Shown here piece by piece: positions 12,570 through 25,631 of a DNA stretch of 64,000 nucleotides. Source of the stretch: Camelus dromedarius (taxonomy: Eukaryota); assembly GCF_036321535.1 (NCBI RefSeq), contig NC_087437.1, forward strand, positions 81,470,001 through 81,534,000, given 5' to 3'. The notes under the pieces are model-generated. The model was not told the DNA's origin and made no database searches. It worked only from the letters and a program-made list of their open reading frames with translations. The position numbers were made by a program, and so were the translations under genes. Position 1 is the first letter of the stretch; every line of letters begins with the position of its first letter.

Positions 12570-14910
12570 CACAGATGAATCCCTAGTTACAGATAAAAAT
12601 TAAACTAGGTCCCTACTTCACACAAGATTCAAAAATAAATTCCAGGTGGATTAAAGAGCTAATTGTGAAAAATCAATTTTTAAAACTTTTTAGAAGAAAA
12701 TATTCCAAAATATGTTTTTGAGCCTAGGATAGGAGAGGACTTTTTAAAACAAGATACAAAAAAAAAAAAAAAAACCAACAAAAACAACAACAAAAAAAAC
12801 CAAAATAATGAAAGGACAGATAAATGTGATGTCAAAAATTAAAACTTTCATGTATGATTAGTAAAGAAGCACAGGAAAAGCTGTTTAATATCATTAGCCA
12901 TTTAGGAAATGCTAATTAAAGTAACAAATACCAATACACATCCACTAGAATGGCTAAATTTTAAAAGACTGACAATACCACATACTGGAAAGAATATGGA
13001 CCAACTGGACCTCATACACTGCAGGTGGGAGCACAAAATGTGCAGCCCCATTGGAAAGCAGTGCACCACTTTTTAACTTTTTATAACACTAAACATGCAC
13101 TTAGATGTGTATTACATCTAAGATAATTACACAAGTGTATACATTTGTCAAAACTCATCAAATTACACACTTAAAATTTTGGGATAAACTTTAGAGCATG
13201 TAAATTATACTTCAATGAAGCTAACTGAAAAGAACAAACACTTCTGCCCTTCCTTCTTTCCTGCAGCCTGAAACATGATTCTGATGGCTGGAGCTTTAGC
13301 AACTATTTTAGATTATGAGGATAAGGCCCATATTGAAGAGAAGGAGCAGTGAACCTGGAAGAGGATTATTCCTGACAACTTTGTGGATCTGCAATTCCAT
13401 CCCTGAGTACTGTACTTTCATGACTATTTTATGTGACTTGGAAATGAAATTCTATTATGTATAAAAGCAAAAAAAAAAATTACATCTATTTTGTATAGCA
13501 ACAAAAAACTTGAAACTTCTATATGTCAAAAGCACATTTATTGATTGCTTTCTGTTTACCAGTCTCCTTTCAAGTAAGTGCTTTGCATTTTAATTCATTT
13601 AATCTTCACAGGAACCCTCTGAAGTAGATACTATTGTCCCTCCAATTTTGCAGATGAAGAAATAGAGAGCAAGGTTAGAGAGGAACTAAGATGTCCATGG
13701 CCACACAGGTGATGAGTAATGGAACTAGGATTCGTATCTAGCCCAGGTTCTATAGTACCTCTACCACAAGGTACCATAAATAAAGGTAAAAGACACAAGA
13801 CAGAGAAGATATTTGCAATAAATGTAACTGATGAAGGCTGAGTAGCCAGAATGTCATTTTTTAAAAGTTTTTTTGATTTTGGGGGGGGGTAATTAGGCTT
13901 ATTTATTTATTTATTATTTATTTAATGAAGGTACTGGGGATCAAACCCATGACCTTGTGCATACTAAGCATGCACTCTACCACTGAGCTATATCTTCCCT
14001 TCCCAGAATGTCATTTTTAACTAGGAATCAATTAGGGAAAAAACCTGCTCCCCGACACCCCTCCTAACATGAGTGAAGAATAAGAACAGACAATTCAACA
14101 CAAGGCAAAACCTTAATGTCCAGTAATCATATGAAAAAAAATGTTCAATTTCACTAGAAATCAAAGAAAACTAAATTTAAAGCAGAGGTATTTTTCATCT
14201 ATTAGAGTGACAAAATTTTAAAGATCTATTATATCAAGAATTGGAGACTGAGGAAATAGGAACACTCGTATACTACTAGAAGCGTAAACTGAATTGCCAG
14301 TCACAATCCAGCAATCCCATTTGTTTTATGTACCCTGGAAAAACTCACAGACACGTTCTCTAGCATATGTCCAAAAAAAAAAACAAAATTTATGGCTGCA
14401 CTGGTAGCAGTAACATAAAATTAGAAATAACCTGAATATCCATCAGTAGAGAAATAGAAAAATAACATCAAGTAACATATACATGACAGAATATGATATT
14501 ACAGTTTAAAAAGACTTCTTTAAGATAAAAGCATTAGATCTATATTTAGCAACATGGATAGATTTTTAAAGCATTAGGTTGAGTGGAAAATGCAAGTTGC
14601 AAAACACTGTTATAGTTTGATGCAACTCATGTATTGTTTTTAAACACCTGAAAAATAATACAACTCATTGCTCATGCACATCTATGAATATAAAAATATA
14701 AAAGTGAGGATACGCACTAGTTATAGTAGTTTCCTTTGGGGAGGGGGAGGGGACTAGAACTGAGGGAAGCCAAGGAGGGCTTAACCTAAATATTTTATTT
14801 CTTTTATTTAAAAGAAAGAAAAACTTGAAGCAAATAATACAAAAACATCAGTTCTGCATAGTAGGAACACAAGTGTTTGCCATATTACTTTTTGTGCTTT
14901 TCATTATGTT
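12570..14910 (+). mobile_element. Old, fragmented L1 (L1ME-like ORF2/3' UTR pieces) interrupted by MIR and SINE
   Basis: Degenerate ORF2 motifs 'aaaataaattccaggtggattaaagagcta', 'ccactagaatggctaaattttaaaagactgacaatacca', 'gagaagatatttgcaat'. Confidence 0.65.
13862..14002 (-). mobile_element. Camelid tRNA-derived SINE with 16-bp TSD
   Basis: Reverse-complement SINE flanked by 'ccagaatgtcattttt' at 13846 and 14003. Confidence 0.9.
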
Positions 14911-14914
14911 TTTA

Positions 14915-17350
14915 AATTAATAGATCACTTTTTAGAGAAGTTTTAGGCTTACAGAAAATTGAGCAGGAATTCCAGAGTTCTGTGTGTTTTCTTTCTCCCA
15001 CCCTCACAGTTTCCTAATTACTAACATCTCGCATTAGTGTGGTGCATTTGTTACAACTGATGAACCAATCATGACACATTGTTATTAACTAAAGTCCATA
15101 ATTTACATTAGGGTTCACTTGTTGTGTTTTACAGTTCTGTGGGTTTTGACAAATGCATAATGTCATATATCCATCATTGCCACAGTGTCATACAGAATAT
15201 GCCACAAAAATCTCCTTTGCTCCCACCTATTCATCCCTTCCTCCCTGCCCCGAGCCTCTGGCAACTACTGATCTTTCTACTATTTCTAGAGTTTTGCCTT
15301 TTCCAGAATGTCATATAACTGGAATTACACAGTATGTAGGCTTTTCAGATTGAATCCTTTCACTTAGCAATGTGCACTTAAATTTCCTCCATTTTTTTTT
15401 GTAGCTTGATAATTCATTTCTTTTTATTGCAGAATAATATTCCATTGTATGAATGTATCGTTTCATTTTGGTTTTTATTCATTCACCTATTGAAGGACAT
15501 CTTGGTTGCTTCCATTTGGGGTGATTATATTACACAGTGTTATAAACAGTCATGTGCAGGTTTTTGTATAGACATCAGTTCCCAACTTTTTTGAATAAAT
15601 AGCTACAGTACATTCCTAAGTCATAGGGTAAGAGTATAATTAGTTTTGTGAGAATCTGCCAAACTCTCTTCCAAAATGGCTGTCCCATATGGCACTCTCC
15701 TCCAGCAACAAATGAGACAGTGTTTTGGATCCTTATCCTCTCTAGCATTTGGTGTTGTCAGTATTCTGGATTTTGGCCATTCTAATAGGTATGTGATAGT
15801 ACCTCATTGTTGTTTTAATCTGCGGACCCATGAAGACATAAGATAATTTATCTGCATATCTTCTTTGGTGAAGTGTCTGTTAAGATCTTTTGCTTACTTT
15901 TAAATTGGGTTTTTTGTTTTTTTATTGTTGACTTTTTTTTTCTTTTTTAATTTGCATTCTTTCTTATTGAAGTATAGTCAGTTTACAATGTTGTGTCAAT
16001 TTCGGTGTACAGTATGTTTCCTATCATTGACTCCTGAGCGTTCTTTGTATATTTTGGATATCTGTCCTTTACCAGACATAGGAATTACAAATATTTTCTC
16101 CCAGTCTGTGGCTTATCTTTTCATTCTCTTCAAAGTGTCTTTCACAGATTGGAAATGTTTAATTATCATGTAGTCTAACACATTTTTTTCTTTCATGGCT
16201 CGTGTACTTGATGCTATATCTAAAAACTCATCACACCCAAGGTCACCTTGATTTTCTCTTATGTTATCTTCTAGAAGTTTTATAGTTTGTTTTTTACATA
16301 TAAGTCCTTGATCCATTTTGAGTTAACTTTTGTGAAAAATAGAAGGACTGTGTCTAGATTCTTGTTTTGTTTTGTCTTTGCTTGTGGATATACAGTTGTT
16401 CTAGTGCCATTTATTCAAAAGATTGTCTTCTCTATATATAGAATTGCTTTTACCTCTTTGTCAAAGATCAGTTGACTACATGGGTGTGAGGCTATTTATG
16501 GGCTTTCCTTTCTGTTTCAGTGATCTATATCTTTTTTTTTTCCACCAATACTACACTGTCTTGATAACTGTAGCTTTACAGTAATTCCTGAAGTCAGGTA
16601 GTGTCAGTTCTCTGATTTTGTTCTTCAATATTCTATTGGCTATTCTGGGTCTTTTGCCTTTCCATGTAAACTTTAGAATCAGTTTGTCACTATCCACAAA
16701 AAATTGCTGGGATTTTTATTTGGATTTCATTGAATCTACAGATCAAGTGGGGAAGAACTGACAAGGTAACCACGTTGATTTGTCCAATCCATAAGCATGG
16801 AATATCTCCCCATTTATGTGGATCTTCTTTGATTTCTTTCATTAGAGGTTTGTAGTTTTCTTCATCTAAATCTTGTACATATTTTCTTAAACTTATATTT
16901 CTTTTCTTTTCTCTTTTTGGTGCTAATGCAAACAGTATTACGTTTTTAATTTCAAACTCCAATTGTTCATTGCTGATATATAGGAGAGCACTTGGCTTCC
17001 ATATATTAACCTTATATCTTGCAACTATAATCACTTACTAATTCCAGGAGTTTTTTGGTTCATTCTTTGGGACTTTCTACATAGACAATCATAGCATCTG
17101 CTAACAAAGACAGTTTTATTTCTTCCTTCCCAATCTGTATGCTTTGTATTTCCTTTCCTTACATGGCTGCATTACCGAGAACTTCCAGTATGGTTTTGAA
17201 TGGGAGTGGTGAAAAGGGACAACCTTGCCTTGTTCCCAATCTTGGAGAGAAAGCATTTAGTTCTTCACCATTAAGCACAATGTTAACTGCAGGTTTTGTG
17301 TAGATATTCTGTATCAAATTGAGGAAGTTCTCTCTCTATTCCTAGTTTGC
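14915..17350 (-). mobile_element. L1MC-like LINE, 3' 2.4 kb
   Basis: ORF2-like translations at 16113-16316 and 16690-17034; 3' end 'tttttagagaagttttaggcttacagaaaattgagcagg'; same family as the L1 ending near 43580. Confidence 0.85.
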
Positions 17351-17384
17351 TACTTTTCAGATTTTTTAAAAATATTGTCTTTTT

Positions 17385-17515
17385 CTTTTAATTTTTATTT
17401 ATTTTGGGAGAAATAATTAATTTTATTTATTTATTTTAATGGGGGTACTGGGGATTGAACCCTGGAACTCACACATGCTAAGCGTGCACTCTACCACTGA
17501 GCTACACCCTCCCCT
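17385..17515 (-). mobile_element. Camelid tRNA-derived SINE
   Basis: 'gtactggggattgaaccc...gcactctaccactgagctacaccctcccc'. Confidence 0.88.
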
Positions 17516-17645
17516 TAAAATTTTTTTTTCTTAAAAAAAAAAAAAAACTAGGAGAGTCTTTATAGCCAAATAATAAAGGACCTTAAATGCCAGGTTAAGA
17601 AGTTTAAACTTTATTCCATGAACAATAAGAAGTAACTGAATATTT

Positions 17646-17691
17646 TGAGGAGAAAGAGAGAAAGAAATAGAAAGAAAGAAAAAAGAAAGGA

Positions 17692-17774
<83 letters not shown>

Positions 17775-17997
17775 GAAGGAAGGAAGGAAGGAAGGAAGGA
17801 AGGAAGGAAGGAAGGAAGAAAGAAAGAAAGAGAAAGAAAGAAAGAAAGGGAGAAAGAAAGGAAGGAAGGAAGGAAGGAAGGAAGGAAGGAAGGAAGGAAG
17901 AAAGAAAGAAGGAAAGAAGGAAAGAAAGAGAGAAAGAAAGAGAGAAAGAAAGAGAGAAAGAAAGAGAAAGAAAGAGAGAAAGAAAGAGAAAACAGAG
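17646..17997. repeat. Compound (GAAA)n/(GGAA)n polypurine microsatellite, ~350 bp
   Basis: Directly visible. Confidence 0.97.
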
Positions 17998-18553
17998 ATA
18001 CGCATCAGAACCCTTAAACCCTTCCAGAATACAGGAATTTTTAAAGATGTCCAGAAAGGGAGACTCCTCCAAGTTCTTCAAAAACTCATTCTGGTGACAT
18101 ACAAATCTCACTCTGTTAACCCTGCCTCAGAGCCAACTTGAATCCCTTGGAGGGCCCAGGGAAGATGCAGAATTTTCATCAGTCTAGATAAACTGTTTCC
18201 ACAAAAACGTGACTTCCAAACTCAGTATTCCATTCCCTACTCCCTGCCCAGAAGGGGAAGCTACGTCACTCTGGTTCAGAGCAGAGGTGCAGGCACCCAG
18301 TGGCCCAGACTCCTAAGCAACATAGAAAGTTCAGTGACCACCTGAAACTACAGTGTTGACACATTCATTTTCATCACACCTTCTAGAGGAGTTGCTATTG
18401 TCAAGAGCTCTAGTGACACCTAGATGCCTATCTACAGAGAACCCTCGGTAGCCCAGTTCTACTGTGGGGACATGAGGTGGAATCAGAATCCTCATTTTTG
18501 CCAGATCCCCAGGTGACTCACATGCACATTAAAAACTGGAAACACAGGTCCAG

Positions 18554-18778
18554 AGCAGAATTTCTCAACAGGGGCACTATTGACATTTTGGACCTGATAA
18601 TTCATGTTATGTGAGGCTGACCTGAGCTTTCTAAAATGTTTAGCAACATCTCTGGCCTCTGCCTACTAGATTCTGCCAGCACTTTTCTCCTGTTGTGACA
18701 ATCAAAGATATCTACAAATATTGATAAAGGTCCCCTGAGGGGCAAAATCATATCCCCTTCCCCAACTAAGAAGTCCTG
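18554..18778. mobile_element. MER20 hAT-Charlie element
   Basis: 'tttctcaacaggggcactattgacattttggacctgataattc...tgtgacaatcaaagatatct...cccctgaggggcaaaatc'. Confidence 0.8.
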
Positions 18779-19078
18779 GTTTAGAAGACCCTGGGTCAAA
18801 TCCCTTTGACATAAAAAGAAGTCTTCCTTTTCTCTTTGGGAAAAGAGAAATGTTAACGAGTTTAGCTGTTAACTATTATATCAAAATAAGTCTAAACAAG
18901 ATTAGGTGCACTTTTTCCAGAAAGATAAAGTACTTATTGTTGCAATTGACTTTGATTATCCTGCCTCCCTCTTATAAGGACCCTTACAATTACATTGGGT
19001 TGGCCCGGATAATCCAGTGTAATCTCCTCATCGCCAAATCCTTAACTTTAATCAAATCTTCAAATCTCTTTTACCATG

Positions 19079-22000
19079 TGAAAGAAAGCCAAATATGTCA
19101 CTCCAACAGAAAAAATATTTTGAGCTGAAGGTGATTAAGAAGCAGCAAACTCAGGGGAAGCTCTCTCCATCCTCTCAGTTTCTGTCTCCTTCTACTGGAG
19201 ACAGATTCTTATCAGCCCAGAGATGGCACCAGGGGAATCTGCCAACAAACCTTAGCCACTAGTTCCCTCCTACGTGTTCTCCCCACAGTATGCCACCCTC
19301 GGAAGCCTGAACTACCTCTCTTTGTCCTGTCATTTCCCTGTGAAGGAAAAGCTGGGCTGGTCTAACAAGATAACTCACAAGTCTAAGAATGTGAAAGAAA
19401 AGCTTGGCTGGGCTAACAAGATAACACACAAATCTAAGTATCGGAATACTGATCTGAGTTCTGCTGGACTAACTTGTAAATCTAAGTTAATTAGTGTTGG
19501 TTTGCTGTTCATGTTTTTTTGCTAGCCAGCTGGGTTTTCAAAGAGATATATCTGGCTTTGGAATGTTGGTTTGCTGCCTCCCCGACTCCACTTTTGTGAT
19601 AATGATGCTGCTAAAGCTGTTCCATGCCTATTGGCTGAATACCCCAAGCTTGTACTTTACTGTATAAAACCTCACGTGCACATCTTGGAGGTGCTCAGAG
19701 CTTCAGAGCAGAAGCCCCTCTGAGCCCACCGGCATACTACATCTGAGTACTCCAACCCTCCGAGTGGTGCTTGTTTCTTGGCTGGCCTGTCGTTTCCGTA
19801 ACATCTCTACACGTTTATTGTTCTTCATTTAAGATGCTCTATAAGCCGGCAGTTCTAAGCTGCTACTCTGAATTACTTTTCACTGAGGTTTCTCCCACAT
19901 GATATGCAATATATGAGTTAACAAACTGTTTTTCTCTTGTTAATCTGTCTTTTGTCACAGAGTCCCAGCTGAAAACCTAATAGGAGTAAAGTTTTGCCTA
20001 GCCTCGTTTCTGGTGACACATATGGGGTCAGTTGGGATGCCCTGCTCTCTCTGGACCCTACACATGGCACCCTGGGACAAAAAGCCAGCGATGAAAAGAA
20101 TTCTTATCAAAGTCAGCTCTCTCAGATTTCTCTGGAATGCCTGGATGAGAAGGTAAAAATTTCCCTATCCCTTTCCTTCCAAATGTTTTTCCAAAGAAAT
20201 ATCTGTAAACATTCATTCTTTGAATTGTGACTCTGTGGATTTGGTTTGGGGTACCCACAGCCTCTGAAGAATAGTCATTATTTTCCTGGTCTCTGTCTTT
20301 TGTGGTGTTTGTCATAAGGAAGCCATAAAAGGGCCTTCGTCATCTCTCCCTTACTTGTCCTATTTGTGCTGGGAAATTTTCAGTGTAACCCCTTGGGTAA
20401 CACAGATTAAGGCAATTTCAGGCATCTCGCTCTGTGAGAACTCACAGCTTCTTCACTCTATCATAACAAAGGTCTTCACTTTCTTAGAGAATCTTTGGGA
20501 AGAAACTTTGGATCTCGAGAGGGAACTGCATCTTTTGTACCCTCTTTGGGGACACTTCTTGTGTCCATGGTTAAGCCATAGAAGATTTATTGGTTTTAAG
20601 CCCTTTAAAGGCTTATTCATTTAGTTACAGTCACATTACAATAGGTACACCTTTAAAGATTTGGACTTTTATATCTAAAAGGATATTTTAGAGAGCCTTC
20701 ATTTTAAACAAGTGTCATATTGGAATCTAGAAACTGGTTTTAGCAAGGTCCCAAGAATATAAAACAAGGCTGTTTTATTGTTCTTTACTCTGTAACCAGG
20801 CCTTTGTTTCAGAATAATAAAGAAGAGCAAGAGAGAGAAAATAAAGGATAAAAACTAGATAGATGTAGGAAGTTTGGAATAGAAAGAGGGAGAAAGAAAA
20901 TCCTGTGTAGTCAAGTTGGCTAAAATTGAATGAGTTTATTATAAGATTTAATATCAAAAGTCTGCTTAAGTAAAACTAAAATTTAATTTTCTTTCTCTGT
21001 TAAGAGGACAAAGTCTCTTTGGATTATTGGTCTGCCCTTAATAATAATTTCTTACCTTTTAGGAAATCTGCCTAGAAAAAATCTGTCTTATCAAAATATT
21101 TCCTGTGCTTCGTGCTGTCTTTATCAGGTTTTCAATCACTGAAGAAAAACTGAGTCTTCTCAATATTAAAAGACCTAAGGTTTTTGTTTTTGTTTTTGTT
21201 TTTGTTTTTGTTTTACAACATGTAACTTCCTGTATTTGCCTTTGAAATCTTTTCATTGTCACTTTGGTTGGATAGATAACTATTACTTCATAGTGATCTG
21301 TGATCTGATTAAATCAAGTGTTTGAAACCTTTTGACATTTTTTACAAGTTTCTCAAAATCAAATTCTAAATGAAGTCTATTTTATTTGGAAACAACTTTG
21401 GGATTTTCCAGAGGCACCTAGAAATTTTCAAAGGATTTGTTCTCTCTGCTTATACAAAGAGAAATGTTAAATTAATTATGCTTATTTGGTTTGTTAAATT
21501 ACATGGGAATAAGAAGTAATGCTAAACCTTCTCTAAGTTATATTTGTACGGGTATATGTTACTGTTATAAATAGTCAGAAATCATATAAATTTGACATGC
21601 CCTAGTATGATGTTATCAGTCATAATTCCAGTTATCACCTTAAAATGTTGTATGTCACAGAAATAACCAAATTTCATTGTCAATTATTATATTATAACAA
21701 ACTCTCATCAGATCTCAACTGATGAGAATGACTATAATTTTTATGACTTTTTCTTTGAAACATTGCTGGTTTGTTAAGGTTACATTTTTCCAGATTTAAG
21801 AAAGAATTTTTTCTATTTTCTATTGAGCCGTCTATAACTCACAGCAATTTGGTAAATTATAACTTTGTAAACAGAATTTTCTCCCTACCTGATCCCTTAA
21901 GAATGCAGAAGCTCTTACTGAGTATTATTTTCATGCAATCTAGTTATTTGCATAAATCCAGTGAGAATCTGTTTTCCTTATAACAGGACACAGTGGGAAA

Positions 22001-23708
22001 TACTGGTTTTATTACCAAGATTGACTGGAATGTTACATTTGAGAATAATGTGCATGGACTCAGATATGACCCAACAGTTTTAAGGAACTAAGGTTGACTT
22101 TATGGAGCCAATAAAGCCTCCCTTCAAAAAGACAATCTGGTCTCTGGTTTATAGGGTTGCCAGCTTTACTGATGAGTGTGGAAGGTCACTTCCTGGCAGA
22201 CCTAGAGTCTCATGATTTTGGAGATCTCAAGAAAAAGAGGAATTTACTCAATGTATAGGCATTACAAGTGAGTCTTAGGTGTGGCTTCCAGAATAATCTC
22301 ACATTTTTTAATGAAAATTCTAGCAAAACAGATTTAAAAGAGCTTACATGATCAATCACCATTCTTGTTGCATTTATGTAAAAAAATCAGACCAAGTTTA
22401 ATGAGACTAGGCTAATTTTGTAAACGAATTAGTCTCACTGTGATTATCTTTGTTTTGTTTCAATTAAATATTTGTTATTTATCTGTGAACTGGAGGGGAT
22501 CCCGAATCCTTCCAGCTTCCTCCAGTATCTGACTACAACTCTCCAAACTAACATTTCCAATTTTTCTCCCACTCTTCTGACTTGGAATCACTGAGAAATA
22601 AAACTGCCCTTTTCCCCAAAGCCTTGTAAGCTGAAGCTGGACCCTGACATAAACAGGAAACCCACGACAGCTCACGTATGGACAACTCTTGTGCCTGTTG
22701 CTGTGAGGGCCACTCAGAACGTTCACTGGAACATCTGATAACATTGCCAGAGACTTTCGCACTGCTACAGATCCTTTGAGCCCAATATCTACAAATCTTC
22801 TTGGCTGAGTGCCATCTGAATTCAAAACCTGATTTAGAGTCTGCTCCAACCTATTAACTTTGTTTTTCTTCTGTTTCCATAGAAATGCCTCTTATCAAAT
22901 CCTTGATTATAAGTACCACATAGTAGCTTAACGTAGGCGGAAACCCATCCACAACAACACCTGGAATGAGACCCAACTGTTGAACTAGCTTGACCTAGTC
23001 CCAGATTAAGAGGCTGATTCAATCAGATAGGGGACATGTACTTAAATTCATCCTTTTCTGCTTGTTCCAATTATGTTTTCCTCCCCTTTTGCTGAGCTCC
23101 TATCTCGCAGCTTCTAACTCAAATCTCTCCACAGCCACCAACTCAGCTTTTAATATGTGACACTTTCTAAAAATCACTTCCAACTGGGAACTAAAGGAAA
23201 CCAGATTATGTCACTCCCAAAACATGCCTCTTTGACATAAAAATTATTTTGAGCTGCAGGCAATTAAAAAGCAGGAAATACAGGAAAAGCTCTCTGTACC
23301 TTCTCTGTTTCTATCTAAAGGCAGGATGTACATTCTTCTTTCACTGGAGACAGATTCTTATTAGCCCAGAGGTGGCACGAGGAATCTGCAAGCAACCTTT
23401 CCCCATTAGTTCCCTTCCATATGTTTAACCTCCGCGTTTGCTGCCCTTGGACGCTTACCCTGTTTTCTTTGTCCTTCCATTTCTCTTCAAATGTATCATT
23501 CTTTGATGAAGATGCTATATAAACCAGAATTCTAAGCTGCTGCTTTGACTTACTTTTCACTGAGGTTTCTTTGGCATAATATGCACTGCATGTGTTAAAA
23601 ACAAAAACAAAAACACATTAATTTTTCCTCCTGTTAATCTTTCCTTTCATTTAAAAGTCCCAGTTGAAAACCTAAACTCTGTGAAGGTCAAGTTTTGCCT
23701 CTTCTACA
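19079..23708 (+). mobile_element. MER34-like (MER4-group ERV1) non-coding provirus: 5' LTR ~19079-20005, internal region, 3' LTR ~23192-23708
   Basis: Two diverged direct repeats share 'tatgtcactcc', 'tattttgagctg', 'ctggagacagattcttat', 'ttacttttcactgaggtttct', 'agttttgcct'; PBS-like 'tggtgac' at 20011; 4-bp TSD catg/cctg; no gag/pol/env ORF. Confidence 0.8.
19339..19803 (+). mobile_element. Solo LTR nested in the 5' LTR of the provirus
   Basis: TG...CA termini, TSD tccc/tctc, absent from the 3' LTR; ATTGG 19630, TATAAAA 19663; 51-bp tandem duplication at its 5' end. Confidence 0.8.
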
Positions 23709-24371
23709 CCTGTAAGGTAACACATTCTCAGTTTCTGGAGGTTGGATCATGGCCATCTTTTGGGGACCATTCTTCATCTTACCAGACCCCCTTAGAAGTG
23801 CCAGTTGGAAGGAGGGCCTCTGACAATCATAAAAATAAAAACTTTGAAAATCACTGACAGTGGGAAGAAGAGAACAGGTATAGAAGGAGCCATCTTCAGA
23901 CTCTCAGGCTCCAAGTCACTGAGGGAGACTCAAGGGCTTAGTGTCGTCCACTTCTCAGTCCTGGCTCCTCTGAAGAGCTCATAAAAAATAACTCATGCCT
24001 GGACCCCAATTCCAAGAGATTCTGCTCCAGTTAGTCTGGGTAAGCTGCCCAGGCATCAGCATTTTTTAATTCCACCTAGGTAATTAAGAACCCAGATTCT
24101 GCAATCAGACTGCTTGTCCCCAAAGTCCACCTCTACACTATGTGCTTAACCTGAGGCATGTTATTTAACTTTGCCTCAATTTCTTCTTCTACAAAATGGG
24201 AATGATGGTATTAATAGAACCACCTTATGAAGCTGAGGAGAAGCTGACAGAATATAAGTCAAGTTCTTGCCACACAGTGAATACCACATAAATGTTATAG
24301 GTTGTATTTGTTTAATGTGTATGTATATACACACATACATATATATATACACACACATACATATATATATA

Positions 24372-24502
24372 CACTTTTTTATTGAAACATGGTCAGTTTA
24401 CAATGTTATGTCAATTTCTGGTGAACAGCAGAATACTTTAGTCATACATGAACATGCATATATTCATTTTGATATTCTTTTTCACCATAAGTTACTACAA
24501 GA
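24372..24502 (-). mobile_element. Short L1 3' tip (camelid type) beside TA/CA repeats
   Basis: Similar to the L1 tips at 40094-40348 and 56502-56747. Confidence 0.75.
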
Positions 24503-24995
24503 AGATGTATTTGTTTTAAATGCCTCAAATCTCTCCAGAGGGGTATCTCATTCCTCCTTGGGCAGGAACCCAAAACAACGTCTGTGTGTCTCGGGTATGA
24601 AAAGTGAGACTGGGAGGCTCTCTACCAGCATGGTCTGTGCTGCCCTGCCTGGCTGGAATGGGCTCCAGGAGTGCTCATCCTGATGTGCCCAGAAAGGGCA
24701 GCACTGGGAGCAGCGTCACAGGTCTCCTCATGCTGAGATGAGTGAGAAGAAACAATCAGAAAGGCTGGAGCTGGGGGTGGGAAAGTTGTGGTGGACTGTG
24801 CAAAGGGGAGGAATGCTAGAAGCCAAGGACAGTGATTGAGGTTTAGCTGCCCACCAGGGCAGTGGGTCTCAGTCTGGCTGCCCCTGCAAAACAACTGAGG
24901 AGCCATAAAAATCCTTACTGTTTCCGATCCTACCTTCCTTGTCCCTACCCAGACCAGTTAAATCAGAATCTTTGCAAGTGAGGCCTGGGAATTTA

Positions 24996-25041
24996 TCTTT
25001 CTTTCTTCCTTCCTTCCTTTCTTTCTTTCTTTCTTTTCTTT

Positions 25042-25129
<88 letters not shown>

Positions 25130-25131
25130 TT
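24996..25131. repeat. (TTTC)n microsatellite
   Basis: Directly visible. Confidence 0.97.
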
Positions 25132-25631
25132 TGTGAACAAAGAATAAGGAGGAGGAGGAGAGGGAGAAGAAAAGAATGTCACTCACCATCCAGTTATACA
25201 AGGGTTAAATCACAACCATGGCAGTCACCCACCAAAAGTGCACCCTGAGGGGAATTTGGACTGAAAAACAGGATGAGGCATTCCAGTGCTTTGGATAAAT
25301 GAACCCTGAGATAGTTAAGATGATTATCTCAGGAAGAATTGCAATGATTTGAGATTCTTGCATCTTGCCACACATAGAAAAGCACTAAAAACATCAACCT
25401 GAGATTTCTGTTCTTTGTGACAAGCAGTAATCTTTTACCAAGATGAATGCTTGACTACATGTTTTTCCCAGCCAAAAAAAAAATTCATATATACTGGCTC
25501 CTCCCCTACCTCTTTGGAGGAGTTCCTCAGAGCTACTGAGAGGCTGTTTCCCTGGCTATTGTCCTCAGTAAGACCCTGAGCAACACTTAAACTCACAACT
25601 CTCATGTTGTGTGTTTTCCTTTAGGGGGACA
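25132..25631 (+). mobile_element. ERV1-type solo LTR inserted in a MER5A-like element
   Basis: TG...CA bounded ~500 bp with TATA-like 'catatatact'; resembles cetartiodactyl ERV1 LTRs; MER5-like host continues on both sides ('aatcagaatct...ggcctgggaattt' / 'taagctccccagatgattct'). Confidence 0.6.

Larger units (their letters stand above)
18955..23786 (-). mobile_element. MLT1 LTR split in two (18955-19078 and 23709-23786) by an ERV1 insertion
   Basis: Left half ends 'cttttaccatg'; right half resumes 'cctgtaaggtaacacattctcag...ccatctttttggggaccattc', restoring the MLT1 motif 'ccatgtaaggtaaca'. Confidence 0.75.

Noticed and set aside
17604..18111. Long K/E/R-rich and F/L/S-rich ORFs (also 1581-2065, 24869-25201, 32357-32686)
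   Set aside because: Translations of microsatellites that lack stop codons.
19339..19440. CRISPR-like or coding repeat (VKEKLGWxNKITHKSK twice)
   Set aside because: Two adjacent 51-bp units without spacers inside an LTR; eukaryotic context.
20010..23190. Intact retroviral gag/pol/env or a HEMO-like (ERVMER34-1) captured env
   Set aside because: No long ORF or recognisable retroviral protein motif in the ORF track; AT-rich degenerate internal sequence.
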